Origin: Felis catus
Lineage: Eukaryota
Length of the DNA: 64,000 bases
Assembly (NCBI RefSeq): GCF_018350175.1
Contig: NC_058368.1
Coordinates: forward strand, 134,604,001-134,668,000
Reading direction: 5' to 3'
Shown here: positions 51,059-63,199 of the stretch, one piece after another
Layout of the letters: each line of letters starts with the position of its first letter
Numbering within the stretch: position 1 is the stretch's first letter
Notes under the pieces: generated by a model
Told to the model about the DNA's origin: nothing
The model's input: the letters and a program-made list of their open reading frames with translations, nothing else
The model's database searches: none
Translations under genes and position numbers: made by a program

Positions 51059-52495
51059 TGCACTACCTGAAGAAAAACTTCTACCTATACAGTTTATATG
51101 AAAACATACTTTTATTTAAAATAAAATTTCAGACCCTCCATATTTCACCTCTGCACGCCCACCAACAAGCTAATTCCCTCTCTCTCCATCTTCAGCGCTC
51201 CTGTCCATGAGTGGAAATCCGAGGAGTGCCTCAGGATTTGCCTTTGTCTGTGAATAACACCAGGGTCCAGGCACTGTTCAGTCTCCCTGAGTCTTTCTTC
51301 CCATGGTCCTTGTGCACACCCTTCCTCTGCGCATGCCAGCAAGAACGCCTATGCTTTCTCCAGTTTCTTTCTTTCCTCCTGACCCATAATGACCCTGGAG
51401 GCCTACTCTAGTCACTAGAGGGTTAAACTTTCTGCCTCCCTGCCCACAACCGTACCCCTTAGTTATCTTACTAATATATAACTTATCTTTGGAGACAGAG
51501 ATAAAAAAGACCCAATCAGGAGAAACTTGTATTTAGAACAAAACTTTGACTTAAAAACTAGAACCAGGAGCAAAGTTAGATGAAATGGGGAATTTGGCGG
51601 AGGCCAAAGTCTGAAGCCCCTCTTGGGGCAGTGTGGGTGGGTTTACGTGGAGGAGATCAGTCTTGCCCTGACTCCCGTTAAGAGAGATGGATTCTTCTCT
51701 TTGCATTCCTCGAATAGCTTTAATAAGCAACCTGAAGCTTGGCCAGAAGCCAATAGGACCTGGAACACCCAGCAAATCAAAATACCATTTTTCCTGTTTT
51801 ACACTATCTCCAAGTTTCTAAATATGAACTTCTCTTCCTCAAAACCATGAGAATCAAATTTTCTAAGCAGCAAAGTCTTCCCAGAGAGTAGGGTGGATGG
51901 TGTTATGCTGCAGCCCAGTTCTGTCCATCTTGCTACTGGGCCCCCTTGCCACCTTGCTGTCCAGCTAGCACAGGGACACTGTGCTATGGCCCACCTGTTG
52001 TAGGTTCAGACATAGGAGCACAGAGAAGTTAAACTCAGGTACCCAGATCCCTGCTGCCTGTCTGGGAGCTCAGATGACCAAACCAAATCACTACAGGAGA
52101 GTCAATCTCACTCCTGCCCATTTCAAAGACTCCACAAGTCAGTGGGAGCTAGATTCACACGAGGATATATTTTCACTTTGGAAAAATATTTTTTTTAATT
52201 TGTGGTAAATACCAACATGCAAAGACCCTGTTCATGAAAACAAAAATGTGATTTGAATGGAACAAAGTATATAGTTATCAGATCGTAAATCCCCAAAAGG
52301 ATGTTGTGTTCTTTGACCTAGACTCTTCAGTTGGTCAGATGTTTAACACTTTAAGAGGCCATGACAGTTTTGTTTTTTAACATCCTCAGTGGTGGTTCAT
52401 CTTTACCTTTTGGGAATGGATTTTGTTTTTTAAAGCAACCAAAAGTCACTTGCACTTAAATCTCAAGACTATAATTGGTCATCAAGTTGATTATC

Positions 52496-53031
52496 TATGG
52501 CAGGCAGCTAACTGGCCCATGATAATCCCTGCCTCCTGGTTTTTATACCCCTCTCTAACCCCTTTCTCTTAACTTGGGCTAGACTTACTTCTAAGGAATA
52601 GAATACAGCTCACTTCCAAGATTGGGTTACAAAATTTCTGTGACTTCCATCTTGCTCACGCTGTCTTTATATGGATTACTGTTTCCTTTGCTCTCTGAGG
52701 GAAGCCCCTGCCATGTTGAGAGCTGCCATATGAGAGGTAAGGGACTCACATGTTCAGCCATTATCCAGAGAGGACCAGAAGTCTACTAACAGTCACCGTA
52801 GTGAGCTTGGAGCAGATCTACCCCCATTCAAGCCTGGAGACATTTGGAGCCCCAACCACACCATGATTATAGCCTTGCCACAGACACTGGCTACAGTCCT
52901 TTGGCTACAGAGCCAGAGGACTCACATAAGCTGCCCCTAGATTCCTGACCCACAGAAATTGTGAAATAATAAGTGTTTGTTGATGTTATTTTGGGGGGAT
53001 ATTTGTTACATAGCAATAGGTAACTAATACA
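52496..53031 (+). mobile_element. MaLR solo LTR (MLT1E/F-like)
   Basis: ccctgcctcctgg...agattcctgacccacagaaattgtgaaataataa...tttgttacatagcaataggtaactaataca. Confidence 0.88.
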
Positions 53032-54162
53032 GATTTGTTAGGATTAAGCATGGATGTGTCCCTTGAATAAGGAGAATGGTTTTCTTCTGTACCTCAGAAC
53101 TGACCCCTCTAAATTAATTCTCATCCCATATTAGCAAGTATATTATTTCTAGGAGCGCCTATCCTCACTGGTATAGATCTGACATCTCCCCTCCCATGAC
53201 TTCCTGGGGCATCCCAAGTGGACTCATGTCCTTTTCACTGCTTATGTATCTGTTTGATGGTGTATGTAGAGTATGGACCAGTATAACATAGATATCTCCC
53301 AGGCATATCTGAGTAGAAAGCTACCTAGTAGGGTACTTAAGGAATACTTCTTGAGCCCTTCTATTCATCTCCTGATTTCCTCCCTTTATCATCCTATGCT
53401 GCTACCATGGTGAGGATGGGGAAACAATGTTTAAGCACACCTTTAGGTGCGAGGGTAGTTCTCTCAAAGTAATAAGTGAATCAGTTCTGGGTGAATGATG
53501 GAGGACTGTATCCTGGGGATGTTCAAGCCATAAGGTAGCAGATGTCCCCTCCCCGCAGTATTTAAATGAACAACCACCCCACTCCACCCTTATTATCTCA
53601 CCACTCCTTACAACCAGATTTTTCTCTAGTCAGGCTTCTCTGGAATTAGATTAGAAACAGCAGGTCATTCTAATTGCTAAACAGGAATATCTTCACATAT
53701 TTAGCCTTGGTTCCCCTGACTCTGGGAAGATGCTCTGAAGTTCATGGCACTCTCTGATGGCTGGAGTGAGGGGAAAATGAAAAACAAGGGAGAGTGAAAA
53801 GGGAAAGTGATGAAGGGACAGATATGAAATGAAGAGATGAAAGAGACAAGGGAGAAGGAAACAGCCACTCACTTTCCCTGACCCTGGAGCACCTTGATTT
53901 CTCAAGAGTAGAGAAATCTCTACTTTGTCTCTTCTTTTCCTAATAATGGACTGGCAGACACATGCCTGATTGGCTGGTTCCTCCATTTAATATCGCATAT
54001 TGCATCATTTAGTCCACAGAGTTGAAACCGCTCAGAAATGTGGTCACAATATATATCCATGACTGTTTTTGTCATCAAGCTCCTTGTAAAGGTAGTAGCC
54101 TACCTTTAAGTGTCTCTGCTTTTTTTGAGTAGTAAAAACAAAGACTTTTAAAATATGTAATC

Positions 54163-54406
54163 AGGGTGCCTGGGTGGATCAGTCAGTTAAACATCCAACT
54201 CTTGATTTCGGCTCAGGTCGTGATCTCATAGTCATGAGATTGAGCCCCACATCAAGCTCCATGCTGAGCATGGAGCATGCTTGAGATTGTCTCTCTCCTT
54301 ATTCCTCTGTCTCTCCACAATGTGCCCTCTCTCTCTTTCTCTCTGTGTGTAAAAAACAATAATAAATAAATTAATTAATTAATTAATTAATTAATTAATT
54401 TAAAAA
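54163..54406 (+). mobile_element. Can-SINE with (TTAA)n tail
   Basis: SINE body; (ttaa)n at about 54369-54402. Confidence 0.92.
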
Positions 54407-54574
54407 ATGGAATCATCATTCTCTCGACTCAAAACACACTGTTTAAAAACAAAACATACTGTAATTACCATGGTAATCCCTCTGGTCAGTAGGACAATTC
54501 TAATTTTCTATCTTAAGTGCTGAATGTATATTGCTGATTTTCTAAATGATAATATGAACAGCTACTGAGCTCTG

Positions 54575-54699
54575 TGGTACCTGGGTGGCTCAGTTGGTTC
54601 AACATCCAATTCTTGATTTTGGCTCAGGCCATGATCTCAGAGTTCGTGAGTTCAAGCCCCGCATTGGGCCCTGTGCTGATAGCGCAGAGCCTGCTTGGG

Positions 54700-54748
<49 letters not shown>

Positions 54749-54838
54749 CTCTGTCCCTCCCCTGCTCATGCACATGCTCTCTCTCTCTCTCCCTCTCTTT
54801 CGCTCTCTCAAAATAAATAAATAAACACACTTTAAAAA
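54575..54838 (+). mobile_element. Can-SINE with long (CT)n
   Basis: TSD core tactgagctc at 54563-54572 and 54843-54852. Confidence 0.95.
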
Positions 54839-55914
54839 TGGATACTGAGCTCAGATTTTATGAGAATAAATTAGGTTTTGTGTCCTTTTTTATGATAGGT
54901 GAATAGCTATGGAGAAAAAAGTTCGTAAAAATATTTCAATGTAAGTTTTCTCTTGCCTTATTTTAAGACTACTTGTTCTCCAACTTTCTCTTCCTTTTGA
55001 TAATACCAGCATGCTTCTTATCCAGAGCCCTCCTTTTGCAGCCTGGCAGCAGGGACATGAAAAGCCTGTGCTGAGCTGCCGTGTAGCTTAAGGGACATCT
55101 AGGAGAACCAATGAGTTGTTCTCCCTGGGCTGAGGAGGCTGCTCTCTAGAAGTCAAAAAATCCAAAGGCACCCCCCTGAGACAGAAGGTGCCCCTTCTTC
55201 TTGGCCCCAGAGAATGCATGGTGATGTCTACTGAGAATTAGAAAAGTGATGTGCCTGTGTCTCTCCCTGTGGCAATGACAGAATTCCCGATGGAGGAGAA
55301 GCTTTTCTGATTTTGTCTCTCTCTTTCTTCATCATTCTTTGGAGTCAGAAATCCTAGGTCTATCACGAGAAAGCATGTGTTTAGAATTTGTTTTGGATCT
55401 CTGACTTCATGAAGAGGGAATAGAGTTTGAGAATTCCAGTTATGTATTAGAGGATCAAGATGGTGTCTGCCTGGGAGATACCTCTCAGCCTTCCAGAAAG
55501 GAGTAGGAGTAGCATGTTAGATAGTAGCATCGGGCCTACAAAGAGATTTAATGGCAAAGATCCTCAAATCCTGTCACTGGCCTACTCTTGACACCTTCAG
55601 CAGTACTTCCCATATGGTTTTCTACTGGCGGCAAAGTCCGGAAGGACACTTGCCCACCTCCTTGCCATGGGTACCCAGAAGGCACACAGAAGTGTGAATT
55701 CTAAAGTGTGATCCCTTCCCCCATCAAGGAAGCATAGTATTAGTGTGGTAAGATGATGTTTATCGGAAAGCTGACATTGAACCTGCTATCACTTATATAT
55801 ATATTTTTTAATTTAAACATTTAAAATAAACCATCTGCATACGTCAGTATTTTCAAGTATTCCTAGTAGCCAAGTGCCTGCCACACATCTCACCAGATGA
55901 TGGGACACATCACA

Positions 55915-56120
55915 GTGAGTGTGTAGGCTCTAGGTGTCCAGCCTTTACTGTATAACTCGGTCAAATTGCTTATCCACTGAACATTGGTTTCTTTTGCAAA
56001 ATGAAAATGATAATAATTTATAATTCATGAGGTCATTGAGGGATTATAAAATGCACCATTATTTGTCAACTTTTTGGCATAATATGAACTTTTAGGAAAG
56101 CAATAATATGAGTAGTTATG
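55915..56120 (+). mobile_element. MIR relic
   Basis: ttggtttcttttgcaaaatgaaaatgataataat core. Confidence 0.55.
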
Positions 56121-56236
56121 GCAGAAATTTTGAAAGTGCTCCCTGCATGACTAAGAGTTCTAGAATATAGCCCACCCTGCCTGTTTGTCTCTTTAACAGT
56201 ATGCTTAGTCACCTAAGATCAAGGCCATTTGGTTAT

Positions 56237-56450
56237 CCAAGCGGCTGACGCATTACAGCCCATGGGCCAAATTCAGGTTACCTGTTTTTGCAAGTAAAGG
56301 TTATAAAACTTGCTAGCTCGTATATCGTCTATAGCTCCTCTCCAGCTACAGTAGCAGAGTTTAGTCCTTACGGCAAGAGACTGGCCCACGACACCTAAAA
56401 TATTTATTTACTTTCTGGTCCTTTGCAAAAAAAATTTGCCAGCCATCGGG
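56237..56450. mobile_element. MER58A hAT-Charlie MITE
   Basis: tacagcccatgggccaaattc...cctaaaatattta..tctggtcctttgcaaaaaaaatttgcc. Confidence 0.85.
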
Positions 56451-56511
56451 GCAGCCTACTGTGAGATACTAATGATATCCCAGCAGAACCTGTACTAATG
56501 CAGCTTTTATG

Positions 56512-56692
56512 CAGGACCAACTACATGATTTGTGGGACCCACTGCAAAACAAAAATGCTCCGCCCATTGCTCCCACGGTGTTGAGAATTTCAAGACAGAA
56601 ACAGCATATCATTAAATCAGGCACAGAGACTTCCTGAGCGTGGAGCCCCGTGCAGCTGCAGAGATGGATAACATACCAGGAAGGCAGTCATG
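56512..56692. mobile_element. MER45A hAT-Tip100 MITE
   Basis: caggaccaactacatgatttgtgggacccactgcaaaa...agaatttcaagac...gaaggcagtcatg resembles recalled MER45A consensus. Confidence 0.8.
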
Positions 56693-56859
56693 CTTTCGTA
56701 TTCTCTAGACGTCACCCCCGAATGTAAATTCCATTTTCATTTTCACCCCCAAAGGACTTGTGAAGCAAAATCTGGAATAAAAAAGGGAAGCATTACCAAA
56801 GTTATGCCACAAAATAATTCCAGAAAATATTGCCCAAAGCAATATGCAGAGCTGACGCA

Positions 56860-57940
56860 AACCCTGTCAAAGTATCAATGATATTTTGCACAGAAATAGA
56901 ACACATAAAATTTGTATGGAACCTAAAGGACCCTGAGTAGCCAAGGCAACTTTGAGGAAGAACAAAGCTGGAAGCAACACGCTGTCTGATTTCGAACTGT
57001 ATTATAAAGCTATGGTAATTAAAACAGTATGGTATTGGCATAAAACCAGATACATGGATCAATGGAACAGAGAGCCTAGAAATAAATCCACACATATATA
57101 GTCAATTAAGTTATGATGAAGAAGCCAAAAATATACAATGGAGAAGGACAGTCTTTTCAATAAATGGTGCTGGGAAACTTGGACAGCCACATGCAAAAGA
57201 GTGAAGCAAGACCACTGTCTTACACCACATACAAAAATGAGCTCAAAATAGATCAAATGCTTGAAGGTAAGACCTGAAACCATATAACTCCCGGGAAAAA
57301 AGACAGGTGATAAGCTTCTTGACATAGGTCTTGGCAATGATTTTTTTTAATCTGACACCGAAAGCAAAGCAATAAAAGCAAAAATGAACAAGTGAGAACT
57401 ACATCAAATTAAAAAGCTGTGTACGGCAAAACCCAACAAAATGAAAAGGAACCTACTGAATGGGAGAAAATATTTGCAAATCATGTTTATGTGACAAAGG
57501 GCTAATATCCAAACGCATAAAGAACTCCTACAACTCAACAGCAAAAAAACAAACGTTCTAATTTTAAAAATGGGCAGAAGATCTGAATAGACAGTTTTCT
57601 AAAGAAGAAATACAGATGGCCAACAGGTACATGAAGAGATGCTCAACGTCATTAATCATCAGGGAAATGCAAATCAAAACGACAGTGAATGATCACCCCA
57701 CACCTGGTAGGAGGGCTATTATCAAAAGAACTAGAAATAACAAGTGTTGGCAAAGATGTGGAGAAAAGGGACCCTTGTGCACTGTTGGTGGGAGTATAAG
57801 TTGGTGCAGCCACTGTGGAAAACAGGATAGAGTTTCCTCCAAAAATTAAAAATAGAGCTACCATATGATCCAACCATTCCGGTTCCGTATACGTATCCAA
57901 AGTAAATGGAAACACTAATTTGAAAAGATGTATATATCTT
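56860..57940 (+). mobile_element. L1 ORF2 3' fragment (degenerate), truncated at both ends
   Basis: [34 protein letters not shown] matches the L1 ORF2 C-terminus; upstream ataaagctatggtaattaaaacagtatggtattggcataaaa. Confidence 0.95.
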
Positions 57941-57984
57941 TTCCCCAGAATTGACTTCTGTAGGTTATTACCCGTGTTCGCTGC

Positions 57985-58175
57985 AGCTATACGATTTGGG
58001 AACGTTCTTAGCACTTTACATTTCACTCTATTAGTCCTCAAAACAATCTATTATTATCACCATTTTACTAATGCAAAAACTGAAGCAAAAACTGAGGAGT
58101 TAAGTTGCCCAAGGTTAGAGTTAATATAAGCCAAGGTTATCTGACTTCAGAGCCCTTGGTCTTAACCACTCTATT
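57985..58175 (-). mobile_element. MIR
   Basis: gttcttagcactttaca...ccattttac...aagttgcccaagg...tctgacttcagagccc..tcttaaccact. Confidence 0.8.
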
Positions 58176-58623
58176 AATGTAGATAAGTTTATCAGATCCA
58201 TTAGTGGAAAGAGAGGCGAACAGGGAAGAAAATCAATCAATCGATCAATCAATCCAGGTGAATGGAGTTCAGAGCTATCTATTAAAGGGATAACTATTCA
58301 TATGAAACATCCTTCTTCCAGTGGTACAATGTTTTCTCTCTTTGGTCTTTGTATTAAATTATTGTCTTGGATATGCTCTAATTTTTAATAGTATTTGACT
58401 AACCGTAATACTTGCGCTATCAGTATTGCTTAGCTGACCCAAAGAGAGTTGCCATATTTGCTGTTTGGAGTCTGACAACTATTAATGCATTTTTCCTTAA
58501 ACAAAAAAGGTATTTGGTATTTTCAACCTTATGAAACTAGAAAATATGTCTTAAGGGCCAGGATAGCAACTCTGAGCTTCTGAGAAGCCAAAATTTAAGA
58601 CAGAGTAAAAATACCAAAGTTGT

Positions 58624-58837
58624 GGGGAGCCTGGGGGGCTCAGTCGGTTAAGCGGCCGACTTCAGCTCAGGTCATGATCTCGCGGTCTGTGAGTTCGAGC
58701 CCCGCCTCAGGCTCTGTGCTGACAGCTCAGAGCCTGGAGCCTGTTTCAGATTCTGTGTCTCCCTCTCTCTGACCCTCCCCCGTTCATGCTCTGTCTCTCT
58801 CTGTCTCAAAAATAAAAATAAAACGTTAAAAAAAAAA
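58624..58837 (+). mobile_element. Can-SINE (SINEC_Fc-like), relatively young
   Basis: Near-consensus body; 17-bp TSD with 2 mismatches at 58607-58623 and 58838-58854. Confidence 0.96.
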
Positions 58838-60344
58838 AAAAATACCGAACTTGTCCTCTTCTCATCTTTTCTGTAAAATATCACATCTTATTCAATTTCC
58901 TCATTTATATCCTTTTAAAACTAAAAATAAGGGAAATTTTATAGGTCTTTTAAAAGGTTTGTATTTTTAAAGTATTTGAACATTCCCATCCTATCAAAGT
59001 CAGGATTTAAGAAGGCATAGTGATTCAAGACCAGCTGGGAAATAATTTTGCTTCCTTTCTTTGCTGGTGATACTGATAAATGAGAAACAAATCAGACCAT
59101 CTCTCTCCTCTTGGTGTCAGTTATGCTACAATAACATGGGGGAGGTGGCAAGTCACAGGAGAATTAAAAAGAAAATAAGCCTGAGCAGACCCTCACTAGA
59201 TCAACATCCCTTCTAGACCCAAGTTTTATTTCCGGGATAAACAGAGATAACAAAGCCAGCGGTGGAGCCAAGAGCAGATTTCTTTTTTGGGCAATCCTTC
59301 TTAATCCCCTCTTCCCCACAAGCTTTCCAAGGCCAAGAACAGTTACAAGGTTATCTGTATATTAACTCAAAGACAAGACCTATTCTCTCAGGCCTTCCTC
59401 TGTTTTGCATATCACTAGGCCCCACTCTCAGACCTTAAGTTATTTACTTTTAGCCCCTTGAAGTCGGGGAATTTTATGTGAATTTATCAAAAGTCAGTCA
59501 AGCTTTCATATACTTACCTCCACAATTCATCAGGACCCTATAGCTTCCGCAGACAAATGGCCTCCTCTCAGCCAATCAGACCCATATACATTCTGAAGAG
59601 CCTGACCCTAAAATGCAGAAAGAGGTAGAGATTATGCAGGAGAATGATATACCTAAGACAGGCAGTGTTCTGGCTGTGTGCGACCTCGGTGGCATCCTAT
59701 GACACTCTCCCTACAGCATGCCATGTGTGCATCTCTGCTCCTGACCTCCTCCAGTCTGGCTCATTTTTCCTCTTTGTTCTCTAGCCTTCCCATGTATTTT
59801 GTGAGGTCTGTGAAATCCTTCTTGTCAATAACTTTCCTGCAGCAGTTCTCCAGAATTGACTTCTGTAGGTTATTACCGCAAGCCTTGACTGATACAACTA
59901 GGCATCTAAGACGCTGGGGAATAAAAGAAAGGAGAGAGATAGCCCAGTAGCTTAGAGCGGGGTCACACCCTCTAAGGAAGTTGAGAGCATCTGTATTGGC
60001 TCAACATCCCATCAAAGTTACCTGCTTCTCTGGCTGAGAGTCCTGGCCTGAGTGTTCTGTAGCAAACAGGCCTGTCCCATCCCTCTGCCAGGCCCTCAGG
60101 CCTGGACCTCAGGCCAAACAGTCAGGACCCAGCTGTCTTAAACTAGAGATGAGAGAGAAGGAGGGTTTAAGGTAGCAGAGACTTGCCTAGTCACATCCTA
60201 CTGAGCCTGCACACACCTTTCTCTCCTTCCCATGGTGACCCGCTACCACACACGAGATGAATTCAGAATCAGAAACCAATATCAGTAGCTAAAACTAATC
60301 ACTTATTTTCATATTTTTTCCTTCAGGGTAGGAAAACAGAGTAG

Positions 60345-60585
60345 GCTATGAACAAAGGTTTTGAAGATAGACGGCCCGTGTTCAATTCCAGCTCTACCAT
60401 TCACTCGTGCTATGAGTCCCCTCGAGTTCGCTGGACCACAATTTCTTTATCAGTAAAACGAACATGAAAATGGTGTCCACCTCATAAGAGCTGTGAGAGT
60501 TAAAAGAGATCCCTGGAAAGCCTCCAGAAAAGTGACTGGTACATAATATGTGCTCATTAAATGGTGGTAGTAGTTGTTGTTATAT
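60345..60585 (+). mobile_element. MIR
   Basis: gttcaattccagctctacca...tttctttatcagtaaaacg...tggtacataatatgtgctcattaaatgg. Confidence 0.75.
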
Positions 60586-61499
60586 TTTAATCTTCACAGT
60601 GCTTGGTAACTAGCATTTTCCCTGTGGGGGTTGGGTTAGATCTCCCTGTTACATGAGAGGGAGAAATATTAGGTGAGTCTTTTAACAGGCAGAGGAAATG
60701 CCTATTTCTGATGCCACAATAGGATTTAACTTTACTCAGAAGCCCCAAGTATTAGATGATCGACTGTTTGGGGAAGCAGTGTGGGTAATTATAATTCAGC
60801 TTCATTGGCAATATGAACCAAGGCCACTGTTTCAGTGGCCTCCCTGGGCATTTCATACGGCTGCCCACTGCCTCTTCGTTCCAACTACAGTTTAATCTGC
60901 CATTTAGGAACCAGAGATTACTGACATAGTCGAATAGACGTAACTCTTTGTTTTTAGCAGATTTTAGTACATTTGGTGTAAGCAAGAGACATGTCAGAGA
61001 TATGTGATTTCTTTTTTTCTGTCTTTTTTTTTTTTTTTTTTTTGATATGTGATTTCTGAGAGCGAAGTGGACAATTTCTAGAATTGCCAGCTTGGAAACT
61101 GAAATCTGCTGAGTAATCACATGACCTCAGGCAGGGGAACTATTTTGACCACTGCAAAGAGAAGTGGTTTAAAAATCAAATTTTATTATAAGAATGAAAT
61201 GGAGACTACCTGGTGCTTTTTGCCGTTTGAACAATTCTATATCACATAATGACCCCACCACCCCGGGGGTGAGGCTTTCCTCTCTGGGAAATCTGGACCT
61301 GCGGTTACAGCCCTAGGGTCAGGGAAGCCTGTGACCCTGTGTGTGTTGTGAGAAATGTACACGGGTTTCCTGGCAGATTTCCCCTGTGAACAAAAGCAGA
61401 AATCCACCAAGAGCACAGGGAAGTTAGATCCATGACCCACAAAGGGGAAGATCGAGCCTGAGATTTGTGTGTGTGAACAGGTGATACTACATAAATGGA

Positions 61500-61722
61500 A
61501 AGAAACATCTTGGCTTCAATATTTACTAGCTTCATGGCTTCAAGTAAATAGCTGAATTATCTTTATTTTCCTCATCTATAAAATGGGAATGAAAATAATA
61601 GCATCTCACGAGGCTATTGTTTGAAGCAGTTAACATAGGTGAATTACCTAGAACAATGCCTAGCACACTGTAACTCTATACCAATGTTAGCTATAATTAT
61701 CAATGTCTGCTATTATTATTAT
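61500..61722 (+). mobile_element. MIR
   Basis: ttttcctcatctataaaatgggaatgaaaataatagc...aacaatgcctagcacac...aatgttagcta. Confidence 0.8.
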
Positions 61723-61786
61723 GTTGAAATACTTTGCTATGAGTAAAGACATACACATACAGAAAGCATAGTGCTAGATTGATCCA

Positions 61787-62192
61787 TGTATCAGTTTGTT
61801 AAGGTTACCACGGCTTAGTGCCACAGACTGGGTGGCTTAGATGACAGAATTTCTTTTCTTACAGTTCTGGAGGCTAGAAATCGGAGATCATAGTGTGGGC
61901 ACAGCCGACTTCTGAGCCCTCTCTTTTGGTTTGTATATAGCTGTCCCCTCCCCATGCTTTCAGTGTCTTTCCTCTGTATCTGTGTCCTAATCTCTTCATA
62001 TAAGGACACTCAGTAATACTGAGTGCATCCAGTGCGTGTTTAACCCATTTAACCTCATGAGATGACCTCATTTAACCTTCATTACGTCTTTGGAGACCCT
62101 GTCTCCAAATAAAGTCACATTCTGAGGTACTGGAGCTTGAGATTTCAACATACACATTTTGGAAGGTAGACACAATTCAGTCCATTATTAAC
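61787..62192 (-). mobile_element. MaLR solo LTR (MLT1A-C-like)
   Basis: tgtatcagttt...ccacagactgggtggctta...cagttctggaggctagaa...gtcacattctgaggtactgg...cacaattcagtcca. Confidence 0.9.
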
Positions 62193-62199
62193 TGGGTGT

Positions 62200-62655
62200 C
62201 CGCTTGGTTGTGCTGGAATTTTGCTCCCCTTATCTAAATGGTTCCTGGCTAAAACTGGCCAAAAGACATACTTGTTTAGAAGAGAAGGAGTAGCCACAGC
62301 TCCCTGGGGGTCACGGTGGTTGGTAGAATCGACAGACAGATACAGAGATGCCAGTGAAATCCAGCTGGTCCTGGTTCTCCTCTGCTTCCCAGCTCTCCTC
62401 GACCCTACTGCCCAAAAAGGGCCCCAAGCCATCATCAGCAATGACGCTGAAGACCCACAGACATTTCCTATCCCCTTCGTGATTTCACTTCAGTGTCTGG
62501 ACCTGCTTGGCTTCTAGGTGTCACTAGCTGGTGAATCCTCTGATCTTCTGTTTCCCCCGGCCTCCTGCTGTTGAGTAAAGTCTAGTAGCAAAATAAATCC
62601 CTTATCCCATAACGATCAAATTGACACTGCTTGCATGATGGAACCCTGACTGAAA
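62200..62655 (+). mobile_element. ERVL-type LTR relic (LTR33-like)
   Basis: 3' end aataaatcccttatcccataa...ctgctt...gaaccctgactga resembles ERVL LTR U5. Confidence 0.55.
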
Positions 62656-63199
62656 GAGGAGTAATCGTGACTGTTATTATTATTGACATACTATCCCTGA
62701 ACTAGAAAGGAGACTATGCCTCACTCATAAGCATACATTAAAGTTCTAATTATTTCAAGCTTGAGCTCATTCACAAGTCCTCTGAACTAGCCTTACCACT
62801 TCCATCTTTCCTGGCTCCAACATGCCCCGCAAAAGGCTGCCAGCTAAAATCGTATTTATGTCATCAAGTGACAGTCAAGGGAAGGCCCCAGTTGACAGCT
62901 GAGTAGGAGGCCTAGGGAACAACAGGTTCAGATTAGAGCCAAGGAGGAGAGTTTCCAGAAGAAGGTCTCTAGGAAAAACAAAACAAAAAAAAGGAATAGA
63001 TGCAAAGTATGGGAAATATTAAGAGGGTCGTTTACAGTGCCACTGAGTCCCTGGGATAAAAATAGTAATGGGGCATGGAAAATTAAGTAAATGGTTTTAA
63101 AGAGTAATTTTATTAATTCTAGAGAATACAAAAACATCATACAAGAAAAAAATACTCAAATTACACTCCTATATTCCAAGGTAGAGACCATTTAGGCAT

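Noticed and set aside
57616..57849. ORF with clear L1 ORF2 similarity (also 14706-15005)
   Set aside because: Fragment of a decayed, frameshifted L1; not a functional CDS.
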